From NCBI GenBank assembly GCA_963662835.3, contig CAXXVU020000002.1, positions 3,361,327 to 3,425,326 on the forward strand: a stretch of DNA of 64,000 nt, written 5' to 3'. Every line of letters starts with the position of its first letter. Position 1 is the first letter of the stretch. This DNA is from Vicinamibacterales bacterium (GTDB lineage: Bacteria; Acidobacteriota; Vicinamibacteria; Vicinamibacterales; UBA8438). The notes beneath the pieces were generated by a model. It was not told where the DNA came from and did no database searches. It saw nothing but the letters and a program-made list of their open reading frames with translations. A program made the translations under genes and the position numbers. This document shows, one piece after another, positions 53,000 to 62,982 of this stretch.

Positions 53000-55231
53000 C
53001 TACTCCCCGTAGGCGAACGCCGCCTCGAGCCGCGCCGGCTCGGAGGTCCGCAACCCCGCCCAGAGATCGCCGACGCGCGCGAGCCGCCCGAAGATGGAGC
53101 GCATCGTGAAGTCCTGCGGGCGCAGCCCCGCCGCGACGCCCTCGTGCACCTCCGTCCAGGTGAGCGGCGTCGATACGCCGGCGAACGGGCTCGCGCGTGC
53201 GCTGTAGGCGCAGGCGAGCGTCTTGCCGTAGATGTTCTGCAGGTAGTCGATGTAGACGGCGTCCGGCCGCCGCTGGCGGACCATGCGCTCGACGGTCGCG
53301 GCCGCCGGGTGGGCGTCGGCCACCACCGTGGCGACGATCTGGCAGAAGATCATGCCCGCCTCATGGGGTGTTCCCGGGGGGAGCGGAATGAAGATGTGCA
53401 GTCCCTCGGAGCCGGACGTCTTGGCGAAGCAGGGCACTCCGAGCCGCTCGAGCTCGTCGTGCAGCCGGCAGGCGACGTCGAGCACCCGGTCGAAGGAGGC
53501 CTCGGGCATCGGGTCGAGGTCGAGCGCGACCTGGTCGGCGGCCTCGAGCTCCGGCAGGGTGGAGAACCAGGGATCCTGGGAGATGACGGCGAGCTGCGCC
53601 ATGTAGAGCAGCGTCTGGAGCCGCCCGCCGACGAGGTACGGAACGACGGAGTCGGGCTTCTCCGGGCTCTCGCGCACGGTCGCCACGCGGAGGCCGTCCG
53701 GCAGCGGGTCGGGCGCGCGGTGCTGGTAGAACGACTTGCCGCCGACCCCGTTGGGGAAGCGCTTCATGACGAGCGGCCGGTCCGCGACGACCGGCAGCAG
53801 GTACGGGGCCATGCGGAGACAGAAGCGGAGCAGCTCGCCCTTGGTGATGCCGGGCTCGGGCCAGAAGACCTTGTGGAGGTTGCCGACCGGGACGCGCGCG
53901 CCGTCGGCGAGGACGAGGGTGCCGCGCCGCCGCCCGCGTTCGAGCTCCTCGAGCTGCGCGAGCAGGTCGTCGATTGCCGGCTCCGGATGGGCGGGCGGCC
54001 CCGGCGGCTCGGCGGGCGGCTGCCTGGGTCTGCGCCCCGCGGCGCGCCCGGCAGGCTGCCCCGTGCGGGCGCCTCCGCGGCGCTGAGCCGCCGGGCGGGC
54101 GCCGCCGCGCCGCGGGGCCGGCTCGGATGTGCCGCCTCGCGGCGGACGCCGGGCCGGCAGGCGCACGTCGGCCGCCCGCTTGTCTTCCCGCAGGCCTTCG
54201 TAGACGGGGTGCCGCAGCACGCCGTCCGGCGTCCACTGGCTGAACGCCGTCTGCACGACGAGGACCGGCTCGACCCAGCGGCGCTTCTCGGACGGCTTCG
54301 GGTGGACCAGGTCGACGAACGGGGACGTCTCCGTGGCCAGGGGCGCGAGCAGTCCGGCGAGGCGCTCGAGCTCGGCGTCGCTGAAGCCGGTCCCCACCTG
54401 TCCCGCGAAGACGAGCGGCCCGGCGGGGGAGCGGCGGCCGCCTGCCGGGTGGTAGCCGAGCAGCAGGGCGCCGAAGTGGCGGCGCGATCCGCGCGGCGCG
54501 GTCCAGCCCCCGACGACGAATTCCTCCGAGCTCGTGAACTTCAGCTTCCGCCAGCCCGGGCTGCGGGTGCCGGAGGCGTAGCGGCCGTCCGGCCGCTTGG
54601 CCAGGATTCCCTCCCAGCCGTTCTCCAGGCCGCGGGCGGCCAGCTCCACGCCGTTGCCGGTGACGCTGTCGATCAGGCGTACCGCATCCGGGTCGGCCCC
54701 GCGCAGGGCCCGTTCCAGGCGCTGCCGGCGCTCGGTGAACGGGAGCGGGCGCAGATCCTCCTGCCCGTCCCGCAGCAGGTCGAAGACGACCAGCGCCGCC
54801 CGGACGCGCCCGGCCGCGGCCCGCGCCGCGCCGCCGGTGGCCTGCAGCCGCTCCTGCAGGTGCGGAAAGGCGAGCGCGGCCCCTTCCGCGTCGAGCGCCA
54901 CGATCTCCCCGTCGAGCAGCACCGGCCGCCGGAGCCGCGCGCCGAGCGCGGCCAGCGGCTCGACCAGGTCCGGGAACTGCGCGGTCTTGTCGCGGCCGAG
55001 CCGCGTGTAGATCACGGGCGGCTCCGGGGCGTCGAGCGCCACCAGGGCGCGGATGCCGTCGTACTTCGGCTCGAAGACGAGATCCGGCTTCGCGAGCAGG
55101 CGGGCGTGGGCGCTCGCCGGGGCCGCCTCGGCGAGCATCGGCCGCACGTCGCGCGGATCGTCGCGCCACGCCGTGGCCGTCTGCCGCCGCCGTGTCTCCC
55201 GCGCCGCCATGGGAGGATCAGGATACGGCAC
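53000..55231 (-). CDS. ligD: ATP-dependent DNA ligase LigD (ligase domain plus primase-polymerase domain)
   Basis: FEPKYDGIRAL is ligase motif I. The C-terminal part ...HKVFWPE.GITKGELLRFC...KRFPNGV.GKSFYQ is LigD-Pol. The start is the GTG at 55231 or the ATG at 55210. Confidence 0.9.
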   Translation of the reverse strand: MPYPDPPMAARETRRRQTATAWRDDPRDVRPMLAEAAPASAHARLLAKPDLVFEPKYDGIRALVALDAPEPPVIYTRLGRDKTAQFPDLVEPLAALGARLRRPVLLDGEIVALDAEGAALAFPHLQERLQATGGAARAAAGRVRAALVVFDLLRDGQEDLRPLPFTERRQRLERALRGADPDAVRLIDSVTGNGVELAARGLENGWEGILAKRPDGRYASGTRSPGWRKLKFTSSEEFVVGGWTAPRGSRRHFGALLLGYHPAGGRRSPAGPLVFAGQVGTGFSDAELERLAGLLAPLATETSPFVDLVHPKPSEKRRWVEPVLVVQTAFSQWTPDGVLRHPVYEGLREDKRAADVRLPARRPPRGGTSEPAPRRGGARPAAQRRGGARTGQPAGRAAGRRPRQPPAEPPGPPAHPEPAIDDLLAQLEELERGRRRGTLVLADGARVPVGNLHKVFWPEPGITKGELLRFCLRMAPYLLPVVADRPLVMKRFPNGVGGKSFYQHRAPDPLPDGLRVATVRESPEKPDSVVPYLVGGRLQTLLYMAQLAVISQDPWFSTLPELEAADQVALDLDPMPEASFDRVLDVACRLHDELERLGVPCFAKTSGSEGLHIFIPLPPGTPHEAGMIFCQIVATVVADAHPAAATVERMVRQRRPDAVYIDYLQNIYGKTLACAYSARASPFAGVSTPLTWTEVHEGVAAGLRPQDFTMRSIFGRLARVGDLWAGLRTSEPARLEAAFAYGE

Positions 55232-55386
55232 CTGCCCCGCGGATGGTTGGGCGGTCGCCGGCCTTCGCGCCTCCGCCTGCGCGCACCGGAAGGCGGATCG
55301 GCCGGGCGAATGTCGTGACGCCGTGGAGCCGGGGGGTGCGTCCTGCCGATATATTCATGGAGAGCACGGAGCAAGGAGCACGACCG

Positions 55387-56301
55387 ATGGCCGCACGTCC
55401 GACTTGGAAGGGCTACCTGAAGGTGAGCCTGGTGACCGTTCCGGTACGCGTGTTTCCCGCGACCAACGCCACCGGCGTGGTCCGGTTCAACCAGTTGCAC
55501 GCCGAGTGCCAGTCGCGCATCCGGCAGAAGAAGTGGTGCCCGGAGTGCGACCGCGAGGTCGACAAGTCCGAGATCGTCAAGGGCTACGAGTTCGAGAAGG
55601 GCCGCTACGTCGTCGTCGACGAAGAGGACATCGGCAAGGCGAAGCCGGAGTCGACCCGCATCATCAACCTGCTCCGCTTCGCCGACGTGGAGTCCATCGA
55701 TCCCATCTACGTCGAGCGCCCGTACTACCTCGCCCCGGACGGCAAGGTGGCCGGCGGGGCGTTCGCGGTGCTCCGGGAGGCGCTGCAGGGCAAGGCCGGC
55801 ATCGGCAAGCTGGCGCTGCTCGGCCGCGAGTACCTGGTGGCCGTGCAGCCGCGCGAGAACGGCCTGATGATGTTCACGCTGCGGGCGGCGAGCGAGGTGC
55901 GCCGGATGTCGGCGATCGACGAGCTCGAGGACCTGCCGGAGACGGTCAACGACGCCGAGGTGCAGCTTGCCCGGCAGGTGATCGGCACCTTCGCGGGCGA
56001 GCTCGACCTGGGGGAGTTCACCGACGAGTACCAGGCGGAGCTGCGGCGCATCATCGACGCGAAGGTGGCCGGCGAGGAGGTGGTCGAGACCGAGGCCGAC
56101 TCTCCGGCCAAGGTCGTGAACCTGATGGAGGCGCTGCGCAGGAGCCTGGACCAGGTGAGCGCGTCGAAGAAGAAGCCGGTCAAGGCGCCGGTGAAGGGAG
56201 CCGGGAAGAGCGGGCGGAAGCGAACGTCGTCCGCGGCGGCTGCCGCTGCAACGGCGGAAGGCGCCGCGGCGGCCCCGGTCCGCAAGCGCAAGCGCGCGTA
56301 G
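55387..56301 (+). CDS. ku: Ku DNA end-binding protein
   Basis: AAGGAG lies 9 nt upstream of the ATG. MAARPTWKGYLKVSLVTVPVRVFPAT... is the canonical bacterial Ku start. The C-terminal tail is basic. Confidence 0.9.
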   Translation: MAARPTWKGYLKVSLVTVPVRVFPATNATGVVRFNQLHAECQSRIRQKKWCPECDREVDKSEIVKGYEFEKGRYVVVDEEDIGKAKPESTRIINLLRFADVESIDPIYVERPYYLAPDGKVAGGAFAVLREALQGKAGIGKLALLGREYLVAVQPRENGLMMFTLRAASEVRRMSAIDELEDLPETVNDAEVQLARQVIGTFAGELDLGEFTDEYQAELRRIIDAKVAGEEVVETEADSPAKVVNLMEALRRSLDQVSASKKKPVKAPVKGAGKSGRKRTSSAAAAAATAEGAAAAPVRKRKRA

Positions 56302-56306
56302 CCCGC

Positions 56307-57833
56307 TTATGGCGACAGGTCGAAGGCCGCCATCTGCCGCGCGTTCCGCACCAGGATGCGCCCGTCCGCCATCGCCGGCACGTTCCAGGTCTTGCCCTCG
56401 ATGGCGCGGAAGCCGGCCACTTCCTCGTGGCCGTCCGGCGTGGCCCGCACCAGCACGAGGTCGCCCCGCTCGGTCAGCACGACGAGGTGGCCGCCGGCGG
56501 CCAGCAGTTGCCCGTAGCCGTAGCGGCCGCCCTTCCACATCAGCTCGCCGGTGGCGGCGTCGATGCAGGCGAGGATCGACTCGTCGAGCCCGTAGATGTA
56601 GCCGTCGATCAGCACCGAGCTGCTGAACTTGTTCTTCATGCGGTTGGTTTCCCAGACCGTCGCCGCGGTGAAGCGGCCGCCGGTGCGGGAGATCTCGATG
56701 AGCGCCGCCCCCTTGCCGTAGCCGGCCGAGAGAAAGAGCCGGGCGTCGCCGACGACTAGCGGCTGCGCGATGTTGGGCACGACCCGGACCGTCCAGGGAT
56801 ACTCCCACAGCAGCGCGCCGTCCGCCGGCCGCAGCCCGACCGCCCGCTCGGCGGTCACCACGACGATCTGCCGCACGCCGCCCAGCGTCGCCGGCATCGG
56901 CGACGTGTAGCTCTGGACGTCGTCCAGCCCGTGCCAGGCGACGTCGCCGGTCAGGCGGTCGTAGGCGGCGACCGACCAGCCGCGGGTGCCGCCCGGCTGC
57001 ACGACCACCAGGTCGTCGACGACGAGCGGCGCCCCGGACATCGCCCAGGGCAGGTTGCGGGCGCCGGCGTCGTCCAGGATGTCCCGTTCCCAGACGACCG
57101 CGCCGGAGGCGGCCTCCAGGCAGACGAAACGGCCGGTCGCGCCGAGCGCGTAGAGCCGGCCGTCGTGCCACGTCGGCGTCGCGCGCGGCCCCGGACCGCC
57201 CATCGTCTCCCGGAAGTGCGCGGGCCAGGCGTGCGTCCAGAGCTCGGTCCCGGTGTCGGCGTCGTAGGCGGCGACCACCTCCTCGTTCCGGCGCTGCTCG
57301 ATGGTGAACGCCCGCCCGCCGGCGACGACGAACGACGCGTAGCCGCCGCCGACCGGCCGGGTCCAGAGCGGATCTAGCCCGGCGGCGGGCCACGCGGTGC
57401 GGATGGCCGTCTCGGCATAGACGCCGTCCCGCTCCGGACCGCGGAAGTCGGTCCAGTAGGCGTCGTGCACGGGGGCCGCCGCCGCGGCCCGATCGCGGCC
57501 CGCGGTGTCGACGGTGTCGACCGGCGCCGCCGGCGCGGCGTCCGCGACCACCGCCGCAGCGGCTGCCTCCGGTGCGCCGGCGGGCTCCGGAGCCGGGGCG
57601 GCGGTCCGGGGAGCCGCCGCCGTGGGCGCTCCTTCGGCCGGCCCGCTCGCGCGGTCGGCCTCCAGCGCGGCGTAGTGCGCTTCCGGGGCGCCGAAGGAGA
57701 AGAGCGGCCGCATCCCGTTGCCGGCGAACTCGATCTGCAGGTCGAAGCCGGCCACCAGCAGGCCGACCACGCCCGCGGCGAACGCGGCGAGCAGCACCAC
57801 GCCGGCGAGCACGCGCCCCAGCAGCGCCGTCAT
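56307..57833 (-). CDS. Membrane-anchored PQQ-like beta-propeller repeat protein (BamB/YVTN-like)
   Basis: An N-terminal TM segment and an Ala/Pro-rich linker are followed by repeated ...DA.TG...W motifs. Its ATG overlaps the coxG stop (ATGA). Confidence 0.7.
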   Translation of the reverse strand: MTALLGRVLAGVVLLAAFAAGVVGLLVAGFDLQIEFAGNGMRPLFSFGAPEAHYAALEADRASGPAEGAPTAAAPRTAAPAPEPAGAPEAAAAAVVADAAPAAPVDTVDTAGRDRAAAAAPVHDAYWTDFRGPERDGVYAETAIRTAWPAAGLDPLWTRPVGGGYASFVVAGGRAFTIEQRRNEEVVAAYDADTGTELWTHAWPAHFRETMGGPGPRATPTWHDGRLYALGATGRFVCLEAASGAVVWERDILDDAGARNLPWAMSGAPLVVDDLVVVQPGGTRGWSVAAYDRLTGDVAWHGLDDVQSYTSPMPATLGGVRQIVVVTAERAVGLRPADGALLWEYPWTVRVVPNIAQPLVVGDARLFLSAGYGKGAALIEISRTGGRFTAATVWETNRMKNKFSSSVLIDGYIYGLDESILACIDAATGELMWKGGRYGYGQLLAAGGHLVVLTERGDLVLVRATPDGHEEVAGFRAIEGKTWNVPAMADGRILVRNARQMAAFDLSP

Positions 57834-58288
57834 GCCGCACCTCCCGTTGCCTTGGCCTTCTCCTGCAGGCAGGCGAAGAAGCGGTCCATCATCATCTTCG
57901 AGACGCCGCCGAGCAGCCGCTGGCCCACGCGGGCGATGGTGCCGCCGACCTGCGCCTTGCCGGCGACCGCGACGCTCGTCCGGGCGCCGCCGTCGGCCTC
58001 CGCGAGCGCGACGTTCGCCGAGCCGTTCACGAAGCCGGGCTTGCCCTTGCCCTCCACGGCGAGCGTGTAGCCGGCCGGCTCGTCCTTGCCGGTCATGCGG
58101 ACGGTGCCCTCGTAGCGTCCCGTGATGGCGGCGATGCCGATGGTCAGGCTGGCCCGCCAGGTGTCGTCGCCGGTGGGCTCCATCGCCTCGCAGCCGGGCA
58201 GGCAGCCGGCGATGACCGCCGGATCGATGAGCAGGTCCCAGACCCGTTGCCGGGGCGCGTCGAACGTGTAGGTGGCCGAAACTTCCAT
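57830..58288 (-). CDS. coxG: CoxG-like SRPBCC protein (carbon monoxide dehydrogenase subunit G family)
   Basis: MEVSATYTFDAPRQRVWDLLIDPAVIAGCLPGCE... is the typical CoxG N-terminus. Length is 152 aa. Confidence 0.75.
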   Translation of the reverse strand: MEVSATYTFDAPRQRVWDLLIDPAVIAGCLPGCEAMEPTGDDTWRASLTIGIAAITGRYEGTVRMTGKDEPAGYTLAVEGKGKPGFVNGSANVALAEADGGARTSVAVAGKAQVGGTIARVGQRLLGGVSKMMMDRFFACLQEKAKATGGAA

Positions 58289-58292
58289 CTGA

Positions 58293-59543
58293 TCAGCATA
58301 CCGCGCCAGGGCCGGAGTCCGCGGTCCGGGCGGCGGATTGCGCGGCCGGCCCGTTCGGCGCGGCGGCGGCCGGCGGCTGGCGCCGGGCCGGGCGGTGCGC
58401 CGGCAGGCTGTTCAGGTGGCGGGCCAGCGCCTCGAGGCTGGCCAGGTTGTGGACGGGCAGGAAGTCGTCTATCGACGGCAGCGCGGCCTGCATGCCGCGG
58501 GTCAGGGGAACGTAGTCGGGCGACCCGAGCAGCGGGTTCAGCCAGATCAGCCGCTGGCACGAGCGCTGGAGGCGCCCGATCTCGGTCCGCAGGCGTTCCG
58601 GCTCCCCCCGGTCCCAGCCGTCCGAGATGAGCAGGACGACCGGTCCCTGGCCGCGCACCCGGCGCGCCCATTCCGTGTTGAACGTGCGCAGCGCGTCTCC
58701 GATGCGCGTGCCGCCGCCGAAGTCGCCGATCGTGCGCGGGAGGCCCGGCACGGCTACCTCCGCCTTGCGGGTGACCAGCTCGCGGGTGATGCGCGTCAGC
58801 CGGGTGGCGAACACGAACGCCTCCACCCGGCCCAGCCGCCCGCCGCCGGTCAGCGCGTGGACGAAGTGGAGCAGCATGCGGCTGTAGCGCTCCATCGAGC
58901 CGCTGACGTCGCACAGCAGGATCAGCGGGCGCCGCTTCGTCTTGCGCCGCCGCGCCGGCAGGTCGATCAGCTCGCCGCCGTAGCGCATGTTGGCGCGCAC
59001 CGCGCGGCGCAGATCCAGCGCCGTTCCCCGGCCGGGTGTCCACCGCTTGGACGTCCGCTCGCCCAGATCCCAGTCCAGGTCGGCCATCATCCGCTCGGCC
59101 GCGGCCAGCTCGTCCTCGTTGAACTGCTCGAAGTCCTTCGCGTAGAGCGATTCGCGATCGCTGTAGCTGAGCACCGCCATGCGTTCGACCTGGTAGCCGG
59201 CCCGGCGCTCTTCGCCTTCCCCTTCGGCGTTGGATTCCGGCGCCTCCGACTCGTACTCCGGCGCCCCCGAGCGGCGCTTCTCGCCCATCGCGCTCAGGTC
59301 CTTCTCGGTCCAGTCGCCGTGCGGACGGCGCCAGAACACGCGGAACGCCTCGTCGAACGCGGCGAGATCGTCGGCGCGGTGGATCAGCAGGCTGCGCAGC
59401 GTGTGGTAGAAGTCCGCCCGCCGTCCGACGTCGACGTGGGCGAGCGCGGCGGCCACCTCGCGCGCCCGGCCGGCCTGCACGTCGAGCCCCAGGCGGTGGA
59501 GCAGCCGGGTGAAGTGGAGCAGGTTGTGGAGGAGGAAGGACAT
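58293..59543 (-). CDS. coxE: VWA-domain protein CoxE
   Basis: The start MSFLLHNLLHFTRLLHRLGLDV... is followed by a C-terminal VWA MIDAS motif (LLCDVSGSM). This is the CoxE family. Confidence 0.8.
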   Translation of the reverse strand: MSFLLHNLLHFTRLLHRLGLDVQAGRAREVAAALAHVDVGRRADFYHTLRSLLIHRADDLAAFDEAFRVFWRRPHGDWTEKDLSAMGEKRRSGAPEYESEAPESNAEGEGEERRAGYQVERMAVLSYSDRESLYAKDFEQFNEDELAAAERMMADLDWDLGERTSKRWTPGRGTALDLRRAVRANMRYGGELIDLPARRRKTKRRPLILLCDVSGSMERYSRMLLHFVHALTGGGRLGRVEAFVFATRLTRITRELVTRKAEVAVPGLPRTIGDFGGGTRIGDALRTFNTEWARRVRGQGPVVLLISDGWDRGEPERLRTEIGRLQRSCQRLIWLNPLLGSPDYVPLTRGMQAALPSIDDFLPVHNLASLEALARHLNSLPAHRPARRQPPAAAAPNGPAAQSAARTADSGPGAVC

Positions 59544-59555
59544 GGATGGATCCCG

Positions 59556-59948
59556 TCAGAGCACGCAGGCGCCGACCCGGTCGATCTGCCGAAAGTGCTC
59601 GTCGAACGTCAGCACGACCGCGCCCGCATGCGCCGCGGTCGCCGCAATCCAGATGTCGTTGGTCGGCAAGGGGTGTCCCCGGCGCCGCAGGTCGACCACG
59701 ATCTCGCCGTAGATGCGGGCGACGCCTGCATCGATGCGCACGGTTTCCACGACCGCGTGGTCGAGAAACTCTTCGAGCTCGCCGATGTTCTCCTCGACGC
59801 GCGTGCCGAGCAGAAAGCCGGCCCACAGTTCGCCGACCACGATGCTCGGCATCCCGATCCAGTCGGCGCGATCCACCAGATCGACTACGCGGGACGCGCC
59901 GCGTTTGAAGTGGCTGTAGGCGGACGTGTCGAGGCAGAGGCGCGTCAA
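59556..59948 (-). CDS. vapC: PIN-domain toxin VapC
   Basis: The TTG start overlaps the antitoxin stop. The conserved acidic residues of PIN are visible in LCLDTSAYSHF...VVGELW...NDIWIAATA...LTFDEHF. Confidence 0.7.
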   Translation of the reverse strand: MTRLCLDTSAYSHFKRGASRVVDLVDRADWIGMPSIVVGELWAGFLLGTRVEENIGELEEFLDHAVVETVRIDAGVARIYGEIVVDLRRRGHPLPTNDIWIAATAAHAGAVVLTFDEHFRQIDRVGACVL

Positions 59949-60196
59949 TTCCAGAGGTCCCGATCGATTTCTTCGAACGCGGCGACATGCGTCTCGAAGT
60001 GCCGGAATTCGTCCTCGCTCCACGAGCCGGACAGACGGCGGAGTCCGTTGCCCCGCTGATGGTGATTCGCGACGCCCAGTGCTTCCTGCATCAACGTGAG
60101 CACGGTACGGTTGAGCGACACGCCGCGGCGGCGCTTCTCCGCCTCCAGCGCGGCGGCCAGCTCCGGCGGTACGCCGCGAATCGTCATCGTCTTCAT
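59945..60196 (-). CDS. vapB: Ribbon-helix-helix antitoxin (FitA/VapB-like)
   Basis: MKTMTIRGVPPELAAALEAEKRRRGVSLNRTVLTLMQEALG is a typical RHH N-terminus. It overlaps the PIN gene. Confidence 0.65.
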   Translation of the reverse strand: MKTMTIRGVPPELAAALEAEKRRRGVSLNRTVLTLMQEALGVANHHQRGNGLRRLSGSWSEDEFRHFETHVAAFEEIDRDLWN

Positions 60197-60346
60197 GGCG
60201 CCTCGGGATCGTGCCGGAAAGCTGTCACAGGTGCGCAGTCTATGCATGCATACAAATGCAGTCAATGTGAGGCGGGTGGACTACCCGGCGGTACCGCTCG
60301 TCGGCCCGCCGAGATGCGTGCCTGACGCTCGTCGTTGGCGACGCCT

Positions 60347-61288
60347 TCATGCGCGCGCCGACGCGCCAGCGGCCGCGCGCGCGCCCGGCGTCTTCGCGCG
60401 GTTCAGCATCTGCTGAATCCGCTCGCCGCGGACGTTCTGCATGTCCTCCTGCGTCTTGAGAACGATGCCGAGCGTGCGGTCGATGGTCGCCGCGTCGAGC
60501 TCCTGCCTGTCGAGCGCGACGAGCGCCGCCACCCAGTCCAGCGTCTCGGACACGCCGGTCACCTTGTAGAGGTCGGCCTGCCGCAGCTCCTGCACGAAGC
60601 CGGTCACCTGCTCGGCGAGAACGGCCGGCGCGTCGGGCACCTTCGTGGTGATGATGCGCAGCTCCTTCTCGAAGCCGGGGTAGTCGATCCAGGCGTAGAC
60701 GCAGCGCCGCTTGAGCGCGTCGTGCAGCTCGCGGGTGCGGTTGGATGTGATGACGACGACCGGCGGCGCGGCCGCCTTGATCGTGCCGAGCTCGGGGATC
60801 GTGATCTGGAAGTCCGAGAGCAGCTCGAGCAGGTAGCCTTCGAACTCCTCGTCGGCGCGGTCGAGCTCGTCGATGAGCAGCACCGGCGGCCGTTCCCGCT
60901 CCCGCAGCGCCTGCAGCAGCGGGCGCTCGATCAGGAACTCGGGACCGAACAGCTCGCGGGCCCGCTCGCGGCGGTCGCGCGCCTGCTCGCCGGCGGCCTC
61001 GCCGAGTCGGATCTCGATGAGTTGCCGCGCATAGTTCCACTCGTAGACGGCGTGGGTGACGTCGAGCCCCTCGTAGCACTGCAGCCGGATCAGGTCGGCC
61101 CCGAGCGCGGACGAGAGGACCTTGGCGACCTCGGTCTTGCCCACTCCCGCCTCGCCTTCGAGCAGCAGCGGGCGGCGCAGCTTCAGCGCCAGGAAGACGG
61201 CGGTCGCGAGCCCGTCGTCCGCGATGTACCGGTGCTCGGCGAGGAGCCGCCCGAGATCGTCGATGGAGGCGGGCGTCGATGAGGGCAT
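60347..61288 (-). CDS. coxD: MoxR-type AAA+ ATPase CoxD
   Basis: LLLEGEAGVGKTEVAK is the Walker A. VLLIDELDRA is the Walker B. Length is 313 aa. It sits between coxM and coxE. Confidence 0.85.
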   Translation of the reverse strand: MPSSTPASIDDLGRLLAEHRYIADDGLATAVFLALKLRRPLLLEGEAGVGKTEVAKVLSSALGADLIRLQCYEGLDVTHAVYEWNYARQLIEIRLGEAAGEQARDRRERARELFGPEFLIERPLLQALRERERPPVLLIDELDRADEEFEGYLLELLSDFQITIPELGTIKAAAPPVVVITSNRTRELHDALKRRCVYAWIDYPGFEKELRIITTKVPDAPAVLAEQVTGFVQELRQADLYKVTGVSETLDWVAALVALDRQELDAATIDRTLGIVLKTQEDMQNVRGERIQQMLNRAKTPGARAAAGASARA

Positions 61289-61366
61289 GGTCGGATTACC
61301 GGCGTGATGATATCAAACAGGATGCATCCGATATATCATCCGTGATGGTTGCAGGAAGGGGTTCCC

Positions 61367-61576
61367 ATGCGGAAGACGAGTGTCGATATAGACGACCGCC
61401 TGCTCGAGCAGGTGCGGGACGTGCTCGGCACGTCGTCGATCAAGGCGACGATTGACGGCGCATTGCGTGAAGTCATGCGGGCCGAGGCGCGACGCCGCGA
61501 GATCGAGGCGCTGGCCGGAATGGACGGGCTCGATCTCGCGGACGAGAAGGTGATGGCGAAGGCGTGGCGCTCCTGA
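61367..61576 (+). CDS. vapB: VapB-family antitoxin (DUF2191-type)
   Basis: An SD-like GGAAGGGG precedes the start. MRKTSVDIDDRLLEQVRDVLGTSSIKATIDGALREV matches the recalled type II antitoxin start. Confidence 0.7.
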   Translation: MRKTSVDIDDRLLEQVRDVLGTSSIKATIDGALREVMRAEARRREIEALAGMDGLDLADEKVMAKAWRS

Positions 61577-61597
61577 CCTCGGCCACCATCCTGACGC

Positions 61598-62005
61598 ATG
61601 CCCTGTCTGATTGACAAGAGCGCGCTGGCCCGCATGCAGGACCCGCGTGTCCAGGCGCGGCTTGCGCCCGTCATCGCAGCGGGCGAAGCGGCGACGTGCG
61701 CGATTATCGAGCTCGAGGTCCTGTACTCGACCCGCAACGGCGACGAGCACGCGCGTACCCGCGCCCGCCGGCAGCTCGCCTATCGCAACATCGAGCTGAC
61801 GGGCCCGATCTTCGAACGGGCCATCGAGGTGCAGGGGCTGCTCGCCGCCAGGGGGCAGCATCGTCTCCCGATACCGGACCTGATCATCGCGGCGGCGGCC
61901 GAGGCGGCCCGCATGACCGTGTTGCACTACGACGCGGACTTCGACGCCATCGCCGCGGTCACCCGGCAGGAGATGGAGTGGGTCGCGCCCCGCGGCTCGT
62001 TGTGA
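61598..62005 (+). CDS. vapC: PIN-domain toxin VapC
   Basis: PIN motifs are MPCLIDKSAL...IIELEVLY...IPDLIIAAAAE...VLHYDADFD. Confidence 0.8.
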   Translation: MPCLIDKSALARMQDPRVQARLAPVIAAGEAATCAIIELEVLYSTRNGDEHARTRARRQLAYRNIELTGPIFERAIEVQGLLAARGQHRLPIPDLIIAAAAEAARMTVLHYDADFDAIAAVTRQEMEWVAPRGSL

Positions 62006-62070
62006 GGCGCCGTCCCGACGCGTCCGGCCGCCGGGCTCCGGCCCGGTCGCCGGGCTCCGCGGCGGCAGCC

Positions 62071-62979
62071 CTACCCGGCCCGCCCCGCCGCGGCCTCGAT
62101 CGCCCTCCGGACGTACACCGGCGCCACCGCCTTGCGGTAGTCGCCCGACGCGAAGACGTCGCCGAGCAGATCGTCGCCGAGATCGCCCGACACCGCGGCG
62201 GCGGCGGCGGCGAACGCCTCGTCCGAGGGCGCCTGATCGTTCAACGCCGCCTCGACGCCGCCGCAGCGCACCGGCTTCGGCACGAGCCCGCCGATGGCGA
62301 CCGAGACCGCGGTGCAGACGGTCTCCCTGGGCTCGCCCTTGATCTTGGCCATCCAGCCGCCGCCCGTCGTGCCGACGCCTACCGCCGCGGCCACGCCGAT
62401 GACCGCGTAGCGCGAGGCGGGGTGCGAGAACTTGACGTAGGCGGTGCCGCGGCCCGCGGCCGACGGAACGCGGATCGACGTGAGCAGGTCGTTCTCGCCG
62501 AGCGAGGTCGCCATCATGCCGGTGAAGAAGTCGGCCGCGCCGATCGTTCTCTCGCCGCCTGAACCGGTCACCGTCATCGTGGCGTCGAGCGCGGCGAGCA
62601 CCGTCGGCAGGTCCGACGCCGGATCGGCGTGCGCCAGGTTGCCGCCGATGGTGCCGCGGTTGCGCACCGCGGGGTCGCCGATCTGGCTCGCCGCCTCGGC
62701 GAGCGCGGCGGCGTGCTTCTTGACCGCGTCCGACGCGGCGATCTCCGCGTGGGTCGTCAGCGCCCCGATGCGCAGCCCGTCGCCGTCGGTCGAGATGCCG
62801 CGCAGCTCCGCGATGCGCCCGATGTCGATCACCGCGGCCGGCGCCGCCAGCCGCAGCTTCAGCAGCGGGATCAGGCTGTGGCCGCCGGCGAGGAGCTTCG
62901 CGCCGGGATGGGCGGAGAGCAGTTGGCCCGCTTCGGCCACCGAGCCGGCGCGGTAGTACTCGAATTCGGCAGCAAACAT
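62071..62979 (-). CDS. coxM: FAD-binding medium subunit of a CO/xanthine dehydrogenase-family enzyme (CoxM)
   Basis: MFAAEFEYYRAGSVAEA...AKLLAGGHSLIPLLKLR...RNRGTIGGNLAHADPASD are canonical FAD-binding motifs. Confidence 0.85.
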   Translation of the reverse strand: MFAAEFEYYRAGSVAEAGQLLSAHPGAKLLAGGHSLIPLLKLRLAAPAAVIDIGRIAELRGISTDGDGLRIGALTTHAEIAASDAVKKHAAALAEAASQIGDPAVRNRGTIGGNLAHADPASDLPTVLAALDATMTVTGSGGERTIGAADFFTGMMATSLGENDLLTSIRVPSAAGRGTAYVKFSHPASRYAVIGVAAAVGVGTTGGGWMAKIKGEPRETVCTAVSVAIGGLVPKPVRCGGVEAALNDQAPSDEAFAAAAAAVSGDLGDDLLGDVFASGDYRKAVAPVYVRRAIEAAAGRAG

Positions 62980-62982
62980 GGC

